From a virus, in IMG/VR virus record IMGVR_UViG_3300009425_004205, positions 1 through 64,000 of that record: DNA of 64,000 nucleotides; one strand, written 5' to 3'. The notes under the pieces are model-generated. The model was not told the DNA's origin and ran no database searches. It worked only from the letters and a program-made list of their open reading frames with translations. Both the position numbers and the translations under genes were made by a program. Below, piece by piece: positions 36,645-47,200 of the stretch. Position 1 is the stretch's first letter. Each line of letters opens with the position of its first letter.

Positions 36645-37497
36645 TGGATTTAATTGGACTTTGGATACATCTGATGGCGGAATAGGCATAGTTTTAGCCG
36701 GCTCTGACACTGATGGCAAAAATGCAAATTTTGCAAGAGAGAGATTGTTCATGCTCACACTAGATTCAGTCGTAACCTCCGGCATGACGTGTATTGATGT
36801 CGGGGCGAATATAGGATATGCGACAATGTTTATGGCAAGAAACTGTGGAAATCCGGAAAACGTGTATGCAATAGAGCCAGATGCTCATAACGCTAGTTTT
36901 TTAAAATTAAATTTGATAAGCAATGGTTTCGAAAATTGCAATACAAGTGATCTTCTAATATCGGACACAAATGGGGAAAGAGATTTTTGGATAGCCAGGC
37001 ACCCAAACTTAAATAGCGTTAGCAAAACAAAGCATAGTATTAGGAAAGAAAGGGTTCGAAGTGTTACCCTAGAAACCTTCTGTAAGGATCAGAATATATA
37101 TCCAAATTTTATAAAAATGGATATTGAGGGACACGAGGTTGATGTATTTAACGGGGCATATAACTTCTTTAAAGAAAACGAGGGAGAGACTCATTTTTTG
37201 CTCGAAGTACATCCAAAAATGTATAATAGCGAAAATGATTTTGCTAAAACTTTAAAGCGTTATGAAGGTATAGGGTTCAGAGTTAAGCTTTTAATTGCAA
37301 CTCCAGTGTCTAACCCTGCCCCATTTAAAAAGTTGGGGTACAAACCAGTATTGCAAGTGCCATCTGACGGCTGGATTAGGAGTATCTATGTTGACGTGGA
37401 CAATGATGAAGCTATCAGGATATGTACCAGTTTACACGCCGATGTTCCTGGTGGGAAGTCTGTCCGCGCAATCCTGGTATCCAGGGAGGGGCAGTGA
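36622..37497 (+). CDS. FkbM-family SAM methyltransferase
   Basis: IDVGANIGY, VYAIEP, FIKMDIEGHE. Confidence 0.92.
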   Translation: MIVKKRVDGFNWTLDTSDGGIGIVLAGSDTDGKNANFARERLFMLTLDSVVTSGMTCIDVGANIGYATMFMARNCGNPENVYAIEPDAHNASFLKLNLISNGFENCNTSDLLISDTNGERDFWIARHPNLNSVSKTKHSIRKERVRSVTLETFCKDQNIYPNFIKMDIEGHEVDVFNGAYNFFKENEGETHFLLEVHPKMYNSENDFAKTLKRYEGIGFRVKLLIATPVSNPAPFKKLGYKPVLQVPSDGWIRSIYVDVDNDEAIRICTSLHADVPGGKSVRAILVSREGQ

Positions 37498-38369
37498 GAG
37501 TACTAGTTACAGGACACAAGGGCTACATAGGTAGTCATCTATTCGAGAGGCTTAAGCTGGAGGGTTATGACGTTGCTGGTATCGATTTAACTGGGTGTAT
37601 TCTCGACGGGAAAGAACTACCAGGTGAAAATATATGTGATGGATATCCAGTAGAGTATTATCAATTCATGCCAGAGTTCATATTTCATTTAGCAGCCATC
37701 CCCCGCGTTGGATATAGCGTAGCTAATCCTGTGGAGGTAATGGAAAACAATATTATGTGTACAGCGAAGACTTTAAGATTCGCTAAGGTTGCCAAGTCAT
37801 CATTAATATATTCGAGTTCATCTTCTGTGGAAGGTAACGGCGCCGGCCCCACAAATCCCTACGCGTTGTCTAAGTACGTAGGAGAGTTAGAGTCTGTCAT
37901 GTATAACGATTTATATGATGTGCCGACTGTAAGTCTGAGATATTTCAATGTCTACTCTCACGATCAGAAAGCAGAAGGAACATATGCTACTGCTGTCTCA
38001 AATTGGATGGAATACATTAGGCAGAATAGGCCGCCGTTTATAACTGGAAGTGGAAACCAAAGAAGGGATATGGCACATGTCGATGACGTAGTAGACGCGA
38101 ATATGCATAGTATGAAGAACATGCCTCACTTGAGGGGTAGAGTGTTCGACGTCGGTACAGGAGATAATATATCTTTAAACGAAATGAGGGACATAGTTCT
38201 CGAGGTTTTTCCTGGCTTGCGGTTCGAATATAAGTCCGGCCGCCCTGGAGAAGTAACAGAAACAAAAGCAAATATTAAAAATTTTAAAAAAGCCGGCTGG
38301 AGTGGTAAAATACCTATCAAGGCCGGAATAAAAGAGTGCTTTGAAAGACTAAAAGGAGAAATACAATGA
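37494..38369 (+). CDS. NAD-dependent epimerase/dehydratase (extended SDR)
   Basis: VTGHKGYIGS, FHLAA, SSSSV, YALSK, LRYFNVY, RDMAHVDD; GTG start overlapping the upstream stop. Confidence 0.92.
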   Translation: MRVLVTGHKGYIGSHLFERLKLEGYDVAGIDLTGCILDGKELPGENICDGYPVEYYQFMPEFIFHLAAIPRVGYSVANPVEVMENNIMCTAKTLRFAKVAKSSLIYSSSSSVEGNGAGPTNPYALSKYVGELESVMYNDLYDVPTVSLRYFNVYSHDQKAEGTYATAVSNWMEYIRQNRPPFITGSGNQRRDMAHVDDVVDANMHSMKNMPHLRGRVFDVGTGDNISLNEMRDIVLEVFPGLRFEYKSGRPGEVTETKANIKNFKKAGWSGKIPIKAGIKECFERLKGEIQ

Positions 38370-38563
38370 AACTATCTAACCAAGCTATGGGTGCCATCAT
38401 GATGGCGCTTCAAAAATGCCTAATGAATCAATCTGATGTCACAGAGATATTAAACACATTCACATTTCAGGTTGATGAGAATGAGCAGCTGATAGTCAAT
38501 AACCCGCCAGTTATTGATGTTAACGAAACAGAGGAAAACAACTTTACAGTTGGTAGTGACTGA
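38366..38563 (+). CDS. Small hypothetical protein
   Basis: AGGAG RBS, ATGA overlap. Confidence 0.7.
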   Translation: MKLSNQAMGAIMMALQKCLMNQSDVTEILNTFTFQVDENEQLIVNNPPVIDVNETEENNFTVGSD

Positions 38564-38817
38564 TGCCCAGATACACTTATAAATGTAGTGCGTGTTTAGA
38601 GGAATTCGTCTTAATCCATATGATGAGCGAGACAAGAACAGACTGTCAGAAGTGCCACAAGAAGCTATGTATTGAGAGGATACCATCCTTAATCCTGGCG
38701 CCAGTTGTACGTGCTGAGAACAAGAAAGTAGGATCTGTGGTAGAAAATTTTATCAAGTCTGCGAAAGAAGAAGTCGAGGCTGAAAAGAGAGCGCTTAAGG
38801 AGGTTGAAGCTAAATGA
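38563..38817 (+). CDS. FmdB-family zinc-ribbon protein
   Basis: MPRYTYKCSAC...F......CQKC. Confidence 0.85.
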   Translation: MPRYTYKCSACLEEFVLIHMMSETRTDCQKCHKKLCIERIPSLILAPVVRAENKKVGSVVENFIKSAKEEVEAEKRALKEVEAK

Positions 38818-39134
38818 CTATTACTATGGTGTTTCTAATAGTGTCCGGAATCATTAATGTTTTTGCGGCGCTATACGTCCGATGGCTCCTGAGTACTATG
38901 TCAGAGTTTTCAGAAAATCTTGAAACTCTTTGGGCGAATCTGGCAGGGTTCGAGACTCACGTCGACGCTATTCATGAATCTGAAATGTATTATGGAGACA
39001 GTAGTTTACAAGAGCTTATGAGTCACTCCAAATCATTAATGGCAGAAATTGTCAGCATTAAGGATATACTGCCAACATCGGCAGAATATACCTTACAAGA
39101 GGAAGAGGAAGAGGGGGAAACTCAAGATGGCTGA
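38814..39134 (+). CDS. Membrane-anchored hypothetical protein
   Basis: N-terminal TM helix, then YYGDSSLQEL. Confidence 0.7.
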   Translation: MTITMVFLIVSGIINVFAALYVRWLLSTMSEFSENLETLWANLAGFETHVDAIHESEMYYGDSSLQELMSHSKSLMAEIVSIKDILPTSAEYTLQEEEEEGETQDG

Positions 39135-39852
39135 AATGTCCGAGCAGATAAGAATTCGTTCACGAAGAAAGAAGAAAAAGAATGATTATTTCACGAAAGA
39201 ACATGAAGCAGCGATAATAAGATATGTCGCGACAGATTGCATAAAAGAAAGGACAGTGTTGTACGTAGAGTGGATACAACCAGCTTTTGATGAGATGGTA
39301 GATAAAATAATCTACACTTATAAATTTACCACCCTCCCAAATATTGATGCCCTCAAGGACGAATGTAAAGTCTGGCTGACGACTATCCTAGATAAATTTG
39401 ATGCATCGAAAGGATCCAAAGCCTTTTCATATTTTTCCGTCGTTACCAAAAATTGGTTTATCCACAGAGTCAAGAAAAATTCTGCTCGCACAAAAAAAGA
39501 AGTATCTTATGAGGAGATGGTTGAACTTGGCAAGCCAGGGGTGACAGAGGTTATTTCTACGGAAGAGACATACTTGGAAAAAAGAATGGACGCTGAATTC
39601 TGGAGATTGTTGTTGACGCAAGTAGATAAGTGGGACGTGGATACCCTAAAAGAGAATGAAAAGAGGGTACTGGAGGCTGTTAAAATACTACTGAATAACG
39701 TTGAAAACATAGATATCTTCAACAAGAAGGCGGTATATTTATATCTCCGAGAAATAACGGGACTAAATACAAAGCAAGTTGTTAGTAATCTTAATAAGAT
39801 GAGAGAGAAATATAGACTTTTTAGGAATAAATGGGATAGAGGCAACCTTTAA
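39127..39852 (+). CDS. Phage sigma factor, T4 gp55-like
   Basis: DYFT..HE.AI, LDKFDASKGSKAFSYFSVVTKNWF resembles sigma region 2 of gp55. Confidence 0.7.
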   Translation: MAEMSEQIRIRSRRKKKKNDYFTKEHEAAIIRYVATDCIKERTVLYVEWIQPAFDEMVDKIIYTYKFTTLPNIDALKDECKVWLTTILDKFDASKGSKAFSYFSVVTKNWFIHRVKKNSARTKKEVSYEEMVELGKPGVTEVISTEETYLEKRMDAEFWRLLLTQVDKWDVDTLKENEKRVLEAVKILLNNVENIDIFNKKAVYLYLREITGLNTKQVVSNLNKMREKYRLFRNKWDRGNL

Positions 39853-39866
39853 ATTCTTTTAGACGT

Positions 39867-39874
39867 CTAATTAC
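39867..39874 (+). promoter_or_regulatory. Putative late promoter motif CTAATTAC
   Basis: At the head of the structural gene block, 3 nt before the ATG at 39878. Confidence 0.5.
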
Positions 39875-39877
39875 AGC

Positions 39878-40168
39878 ATGAAGAAGTTAAAAGACTACAT
39901 AAGCCAAGCAACATCAAATGTCAATGAGGATAGGGCCGCGACAAAATCTCTTCTTATGACTTTGATGAAGTATATTCAAACTGGTAGCGACAGGCACAAG
40001 GAGGCAGGCTTAATAGCGGCAAAATATTTAGAAACCCTGCAGAGATCGAACGAGCAACTAGTGAAGATAGCTGCGCTAGTAGCTAAAGGCGAAGCCAATA
40101 ATATAGGCTTGACAGCTGAGGACAGGGACGAGCTTTTTGATATCATTAACGAATCGGAAGAGGACTGA
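39878..40168 (+). CDS. Hypothetical helical protein
   Basis: 96 aa; KYLETLQRSNEQLVK. Confidence 0.75.
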   Translation: MKKLKDYISQATSNVNEDRAATKSLLMTLMKYIQTGSDRHKEAGLIAAKYLETLQRSNEQLVKIAALVAKGEANNIGLTAEDRDELFDIINESEED

Positions 40169-40170
40169 AA

Positions 40171-41604
40171 GTGGCGATAGATGGTTACACCCCCGCACCG
40201 CTGGCACCGGGAAGCAATAATGCCATTGTGGATAGAGGAGGCACAACGTCTTCAGGCGCATCCGTAAATACTCGCCCTTTCGAGGGTCCACTTGATGCCG
40301 CCGCCGAGCAAAACAAGTTAGCCAACAGAAGGCATGAATCCAAGTTTCAAAACGTTCAAGGTACAGCGTACATTGCCACAGTTTACAGCGCGAGAATAAT
40401 TCCAAATTCAAAAGAAGCCATACAGGCAAATTTGTCAGGGCATGTATACGGGTTTCTTTTCGTCGTAGGTAGCCTTCATGTGCTAGATCCAGCGTACGCA
40501 ATTCTAGAAATCACTGCAGCAGTAGATAATATACATTCAGCTCTAGAGCCACCAACTGAGATTTCATCAATGATGACGTTAACAGATTGTATGAGAGTCT
40601 CAAGATTTCATAAATTTTATTCGATTGTGTCAGATAACAGAGTACCAGCACCCGGGGACAAACTCAGCGTTAGATATATAGACGAAAACCCTAGGACAAC
40701 AGGTTTAATAGATAAGCCAGTGGCAACACTCTCGGTTGGATCTGGAGGCTTAGATAATCCATTGAATGCCTTTGGTCCCGGGGGGGGCGTTATCGTTCCT
40801 CTCGGCGCCGCTTCCGCCCCATTAATGAAGAACGGCAAAATCGACACTAGCAATGCCATACCGATCGATAAAATCGGCAGCTGCATCGTGATGAAAGCGG
40901 GTAAATGTACCGGCTATAGCATTAGCCGGCACAACTTTAACGCATGGGCGAACTCGATAGGGGTGTCTGAGGATGTACTTATAATGGCAACTGTTATGAT
41001 GTCGGAGATAGGTATAAAAGATGAGTCGACATTTATTGTCAATACCATCATCAACAGAGTCGGCTCTGCTCACTTAGTTGGCCGTTGGGCTGCAGACTCC
41101 ACCAGAGCTGACAAAACATCGGCATGGGGAGTCACTATCGGCAAGAAAAAAAGTACTACTGGTAAGCAGGGATCACGGCCGTACTCCTCACAGCGGCCGC
41201 CAAAGGGCAGATGGTTATCACTAGCCGTGACTAGGATTGTTGACATTTTAAAATCTCGTCTCAAGAACGGAGACCCTACTGGGGGGGCAACTTATTATGT
41301 CCATAACGGCTTCTCCGCAAAGCATATGTGTAAGGGTCCCCCAAGGAACTTTAGCATCAAGGCTAAAAGCACTTGGTGCTTTAATAAGGTGCATGCGTCG
41401 AGGATTAAAGAGCTTGATTGGGTACAGCCCACCCCAAGGCCAGCCTGGTTAACTGATGAACATGTCAAATATTACCGAAGGAAGACTAAGTTGCCAGATG
41501 AGGGAAAAATAAAAGCATACATTAAGAGAATATTGGGCCCCCATCTCCAAGATCCCAAACCGGTTGCTGCCTCGGACTCAAAATCCAGCACCACAGCTAC
41601 GTAA
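40171..41604 (+). CDS. Baseplate-associated protein with C-terminal SleB/CwlJ-like cell-wall hydrolase
   Basis: IMATVMMSEI, VNTIINRV, DPTGGATYY; N-domain paralogous to 41610. Confidence 0.7.
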   Translation: MAIDGYTPAPLAPGSNNAIVDRGGTTSSGASVNTRPFEGPLDAAAEQNKLANRRHESKFQNVQGTAYIATVYSARIIPNSKEAIQANLSGHVYGFLFVVGSLHVLDPAYAILEITAAVDNIHSALEPPTEISSMMTLTDCMRVSRFHKFYSIVSDNRVPAPGDKLSVRYIDENPRTTGLIDKPVATLSVGSGGLDNPLNAFGPGGGVIVPLGAASAPLMKNGKIDTSNAIPIDKIGSCIVMKAGKCTGYSISRHNFNAWANSIGVSEDVLIMATVMMSEIGIKDESTFIVNTIINRVGSAHLVGRWAADSTRADKTSAWGVTIGKKKSTTGKQGSRPYSSQRPPKGRWLSLAVTRIVDILKSRLKNGDPTGGATYYVHNGFSAKHMCKGPPRNFSIKAKSTWCFNKVHASRIKELDWVQPTPRPAWLTDEHVKYYRRKTKLPDEGKIKAYIKRILGPHLQDPKPVAASDSKSSTTAT

Positions 41605-41609
41605 GCGAT

Positions 41610-42980
41610 ATGTCTTCTTATCGTCCTAGTCCCATATCACCAGGTAGCATAAATGTTCTAGTTAATAAAAAGAGCACAAGCTCATCCGGGGCCCCACCCG
41701 CTTCTATGCCAGGTATCGGAAGTATTGATTCCGCGAAAGAATATAACAAGTCTATTAATGAGTCGTACGAGTCAGCTATTGAGACTGTGTCGGAGGAGTT
41801 GATAGCCGAAGTATATGCATGTAGGCTTATAAGTATAGAATCAGTGGCGTCAGAACTTCCTGGCCATGTTTATGCTTCTCTTTTTGCACAGAATAGTGAA
41901 ACCTCGCCAGACTCTTCAATGATAATGGAAGTCACTGCGGGAGTTGATTTCTTCCACACAGCATTAAAGCCACCAGAAACACAGCTAGAGGTATCCAGGT
42001 TTCATAAGTTTTATTCAGTAGTTCAAATTGGCAAACTATATAATCCGGGAGACAAGATATTGGTTAGGTATGTAGACGAGAACCCAAGAACAGTTGGGCT
42101 AATAATCGCCTTAGCCGCCCCGGTACAGATGGTTAGTACAGATATTCCTCCTGGTGCATCCTTTATGGGCGCCAGCAGTACTAGTACTCTTTCTAACTTT
42201 GCTGGCCAGAGAGATGCAAACGTAAAATATCCAAGAAGAGTTGTCTGTCTTGGGGATTCAATAACTGCTGCATGCAGTGACATAAATCACAGAAAAAACA
42301 ACGGAACGGCAGCTACAGCAGCTAGGCTCTGTGGGTATTCTAAGAAGATTAAAAACCTTATGGGTGAAGGGGAAGTCTTCAAGTTGGGATATGCAGGTAA
42401 ACAAACAAGGCACATCTTGACAGGAAAAGAGGGCAAGCAACCCAAGTCAGTGGGTATAGTATGGGAACAGATAGACGGAAAAGTATCGGCAGGAGGTTTA
42501 CAAGTTGCGCTAAGACTCAACCCGACAGACTTGATTATTATGGCAGGGGTTAACGATTTAGCGTCTGGAAAGCGGGCCCCCTCGATAATAAACAACCTTA
42601 AGGCGATGTATATCGAAGCTAAGAATAAAGGAATAAGAGTAATTGCTTTAACTATCATCCCGTGGGCATCCCACAAACCTGCTGATTTCGGAGTCAGTGG
42701 AAAAAGGGTAAAGAGATCTCGCTGGGCCCCCGAGTATAAGAAAGTTAATGATTTTATAAGAAGTAGTGCCTTAGTTGATGTGGTAGTCGACACTGAAAAA
42801 TTCATGGGAGACGGCCAAAGCCCACCAGCGCTTCTACGAGAGTTTCGACGATCTAATAAGCCAGATGGAGATCAATTGCATCCCAACTCAAAGGGTCAAG
42901 CGTTTTTGGGCGAACTTATATATAAGGTGGCTTTAAAAGAAAAGAAAGAGAAAGAGAAGGAAAAAGTTGCAGCTCCATAG
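41610..42980 (+). CDS. Baseplate-associated protein with C-terminal SGNH/GDSL esterase
   Basis: CLGDSIT, GYAG, AGVND, DQLHPN; N-domain paralogous to 40171. Confidence 0.8.
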   Translation: MSSYRPSPISPGSINVLVNKKSTSSSGAPPASMPGIGSIDSAKEYNKSINESYESAIETVSEELIAEVYACRLISIESVASELPGHVYASLFAQNSETSPDSSMIMEVTAGVDFFHTALKPPETQLEVSRFHKFYSVVQIGKLYNPGDKILVRYVDENPRTVGLIIALAAPVQMVSTDIPPGASFMGASSTSTLSNFAGQRDANVKYPRRVVCLGDSITAACSDINHRKNNGTAATAARLCGYSKKIKNLMGEGEVFKLGYAGKQTRHILTGKEGKQPKSVGIVWEQIDGKVSAGGLQVALRLNPTDLIIMAGVNDLASGKRAPSIINNLKAMYIEAKNKGIRVIALTIIPWASHKPADFGVSGKRVKRSRWAPEYKKVNDFIRSSALVDVVVDTEKFMGDGQSPPALLREFRRSNKPDGDQLHPNSKGQAFLGELIYKVALKEKKEKEKEKVAAP

Positions 42981-43126
42981 ACACAACTAGCGAACCAGCC
43001 TATGTTACAGGTTTTTAAAAAGAAACAATTTTTTAGGTTAGAGGTAATTATTATAATAACTCTTTTAAATATGCCAGATTTTGAGGTATGATGTCGTAAG
43101 AGTAACTCAGAAGCATAGGAAAACCA

Positions 43127-44200
43127 ATGGTTAAGAAAACCGGAGACTCCCTAGGGGAAAAGAAAATAGCAGAAGGCGTATGCTACGAAGCCTTAAGTGA
43201 ACATGTTCCGCTATTCAATGCTCGCGACGGAGATGGTGTCATAACAGGCACCCTCGCCGATGGTAGAAATAATAATGCCTGGATAGTTATGGGTAGAGAC
43301 AGACAGGATGACGCTTGCTCTGGGTATGGGGGTGTTGGCAACCAAAAGTCCGGAGCTATAGACATAGTTGTAGGTAGAATGTCACCGGCGCCCTTATCAC
43401 ACTTTCCAGGAGACAAATCAGACAAGATATATGTGGATCCAATTTACAAATCTATAATAGAAACGAGATTATCTGCAGACGAATATAAGAGTCTGGATTG
43501 GAATGAAAAGTTGTTAGAAGATATTAATGAGGGCATTGAGCCCAAGCCTGCCAACTTTAAAGGTGTGTATATGGACGCCGCACGTATATATATCAGCCAA
43601 AAGGCAGACATAGATTATTACTTTGGATTGGCCCCAGGTATGAAGGTACAAAGTCCTTCACGAGGACAATCTCCAAGATCTGCCATTGCCATGAAAGCAG
43701 ACGGAGTTAGAGTTATAGCGAGAGAGGGAATAAAACTAGTTACCATGGGCGCAAAAGGCGACTCAAAGGGTGTGTGGAATTCGCAAGGCGGAAAAATAAA
43801 CGCAACACAAGGAATTGAACTCATAGCTGGAAACGGATATGACAACAATGGAAACAGGATAGAACAAGAGCCGCTAGTTAAAGGCTTCACTTTGGCAGCG
43901 GGCTTAAGGGAGCTAGCTGAGGATATAGGCGAGTTGGCTGGTGTATTAGCTGTTTTTGCTGAAACTCAATTGAATTTTAACGCTGCGATAATGCAACACA
44001 ATCACGGCTCTTTTTTCTTGGGAACGATGACTACAACTTCTCCGACGGCTACGATTGCTGGCATGCAAAATTTAACAAACTTAATAGGCAGAGTTCAGGT
44101 ATCTATTATGGGAAATAAGGCAAACAAAGCTAGCTGGGTTACTAGATATGCAGCTAAAGGTAATGCTAAAATTTATAGTGATTACAACACAACAAACTGA
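43127..44200 (+). CDS. Putative baseplate hub / central spike (gp5 C-terminal-like)
   Basis: Beta-rich segments NAWIVMGRDR, AIDIVVGR, AARIYISQ, IAMKADGVRVIAREGIKL; HNH (HxH) tip-like motif; located upstream of gp25/gp6. Confidence 0.55.
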   Translation: MVKKTGDSLGEKKIAEGVCYEALSEHVPLFNARDGDGVITGTLADGRNNNAWIVMGRDRQDDACSGYGGVGNQKSGAIDIVVGRMSPAPLSHFPGDKSDKIYVDPIYKSIIETRLSADEYKSLDWNEKLLEDINEGIEPKPANFKGVYMDAARIYISQKADIDYYFGLAPGMKVQSPSRGQSPRSAIAMKADGVRVIAREGIKLVTMGAKGDSKGVWNSQGGKINATQGIELIAGNGYDNNGNRIEQEPLVKGFTLAAGLRELAEDIGELAGVLAVFAETQLNFNAAIMQHNHGSFFLGTMTTTSPTATIAGMQNLTNLIGRVQVSIMGNKANKASWVTRYAAKGNAKIYSDYNTTN

Positions 44201-44208
44201 GATATTAC

Positions 44209-47200
44209 ATGGCAAATATATTCAACATTAAAGTACAAGTAAAACCCCCATCCGGCGGCCGCGAAAAGCCGACTTATCGCGTAGTCAAATTCAATCCAGG
44301 TTATATCCTCAAATCATCTGGGTTCGAGATACTAATTTTCAAGCACCTCCTAGGACAGGTGGTACCCCAGGATTCTTATTCTGTTGCTGAAAGGGGGTTT
44401 TTTGGAAGTAAGAAAACAAGAACAAGTCCATCGCGCTCCGCAAACCAAAAGCTTGGAATGGAAGACGGATTTAAGTTTGATGCAAAATTAAAAGCTGCGC
44501 TAGAGACATATCAATTGAATAATAGAGATTCAATAGTCGAGTATGGCAGGAACGTATTGAATTGGGAGAGAGTTGGGAATGATACGAACGCACAGCCTGA
44601 TGTACAAAATCAGACAATAAGCGGCACTAGTGAAGGTTTCAGTCGTGAACTGGGAGTCATTGGCGAGGCCACGATGGCAGTGATGCACGGCTACCGAGAT
44701 ATTAGCACTCCTCATTTCTATAATAATGGCTTTGGTGACGTTCCCCGTCGTATGGTTTTCGAAGGCAAGATGTCCAACACTGCCGTCGAAGATCCTCCGA
44801 AAAGAAATAGTGACTTGCACCAAGCAACGCAGTATGTCAGAACTCGAGCAGAGGATATGTCAGATGTGGCAGACGACAAAACTGCATCTGGTGGAGATAT
44901 TTCTGTCATCGCGCTGAGAGAGCTTGGCAGTCCGCCCCCAACATCCGATACGAAACCGTGGGAAGACGAAAAATATATTTATGTGTATGTAGACACGGAG
45001 TACACTAGAAAAAAGCCACCTGATTTTTCAAAACCGCCTCCCACCGGCTCGAACGATAGACGTACTTGGAGAGAGTATATAGAAATAAAAGAAATTGAAG
45101 CTCTTCGAAAGGTTTACAAGTATTATGCAAAAGCATTCACGTGGGGTCCACTGAACGTTCTTAACGACGATCCTCGAATTATTGATGTTTGGGGGGCGAA
45201 AATAAAAGAAACTTCTAAAATAACGATAGATCCTTCTGGGGATGCTATGTTGTGGAGGCTTCTGGAAGAAAGAACACCGATCGGAAGCGCATCCCTTCCC
45301 CTAATAAGTACATTGGAGGATAACCATGGTTTTGTCCCACCAGGCCTGAAACCCGGAGATGTGTATAGAATTAAATTTTCAATATGGAAAAAGAAAATGC
45401 TATTCGGCAGTTCTACCTCAGCCGCGGCAATGTCTGTGTCTGATGCTATTTACAATGGCAGACTGATGTACGAGCAAGCAATTGACTATATAGATGCTGC
45501 TGGAGAATTTCTTGAAGATCCACATGCGGCGCTTCACGCACTATCCGGCGACACGCGGCAGATGATGGATAATGCCGAGAAAGCGGTGAAAGATAAGGTA
45601 TCATCAGTAGTTAGAAATGCTAGCAAAAACAAGAAAAAATTAATCAGAAATGCCTGGAAGCGAGGTATCCGAGAGCAAGAAAGAAGAGGCGCCGACGCAA
45701 AGTGGGCAGCTTCTGAAAAAATGGGTGCATTGCTGGAGACTGCATCTGAAGAGACAACTTTCCCAGCACGAAAAACATACGAGGTTCGTACATTCAAAAA
45801 GTATATTAAAGCTGTTGCAACTAAAATGAGAGAATTTTCAAAAGAACTTCATGAGTGGCAAGCAGGTGCGGGCCCGAAAGGAAAGTTGAAAGATGCCGGA
45901 GGATTCTATCCTCCGATAGATATGGATCTCGAAGCAAGAAACCTTGAATCCGTCATAGGGGCAATGGAGAGAATTGTAGAGAAAAATGGATTTGAGTTTA
46001 AGGATAAGTTCGGATCTAAGTTGGCTATTGATTTTTTAGAGACAAAGAACGAAAAAGGACAAATCACTGGAGCGCAAATATTTGGCTACATAAAATTTAT
46101 ATCACCAGTTTCTGATAATTATGAAGCTAGGGTTGTCGCCCAATTCGGATACAACCCAGATAAACCAGAAGTTACCGGCTCCTTCGGCGATCCCAGCGAT
46201 CCGAAAGATGCAACTCCCAACAGAAATCATCCGTTTAACACTTCAGAAGAAGATAAGTTAAACACTACACTTTTATCAAAGCTATCAGAGGACTATCAGG
46301 TAGGAGCCTCAAAAGGTATCTGGGCAAACGCTAGAACTATGGCATATTTACTGCATTTAGAAGAAATGTATTCATTTATTAATAGGCCTGCATCATCAAC
46401 GTTCTCGACATGCGACGAGATAAACACCCCAAAGGCAATCCCGTTTGTAACAAGGTACACATTACCGAAGCCTGGAATTAAACCAAGGACACCTGACGGA
46501 TACAAGAAACGCCAAGAGGCTTCAGGCCTCTTTGGCTCAGGAACCAGTGATTCGTTAGATAGAGTGTCAAGAAAGCTCAATACGTCGGAACTGAAACTTC
46601 TCAGTAGCATTAAACGTACTTCGGATATCATAACTGAAAAGGCAATGATAACTTCTGAAAATAAAGATAATATTATTAAAGTCGAGAGGGGGAAGACATA
46701 CGATATAAACGATATTCTCCCTCTAGGAGAGCTTTGTACCTTGGAAGAGGTTTGGCAAAAGTTTATTAAAACGTTTGATTTCAAGGCTTTGATGTGCGAA
46801 TATGCACAGTGCGTACCAGCTATTCCTTGGCCAATTGAGTTTAAGTGGGATTTTGATTTTGACTTTGAGTGGCCAAAGATACCAACTTTCGATATATATG
46901 TCATATATCCAATAATATTGATGGCACTAGCTGAAATGATGATAAGAATGTTGTGCACAATTGTCATGAAGCTGCTGGACATGATAAAGTTTCCGAATTG
47001 TGATGAGATTTTTGACGCGGCAATGTATGGTATAGCAAACCTGTATGAAGAAATACAAAATCATGATGACGGCTCAGAGGCATATTTTACTACTCACCAA
47101 ATCGATCCTTCTCGCCCTGCCTCTGGAATTGACAAAGAATTTTTAAAATTATTAAGAAAACAAGAGCCGAAACAAATGGCAGCGCAAGCTAAGCTTCTCA

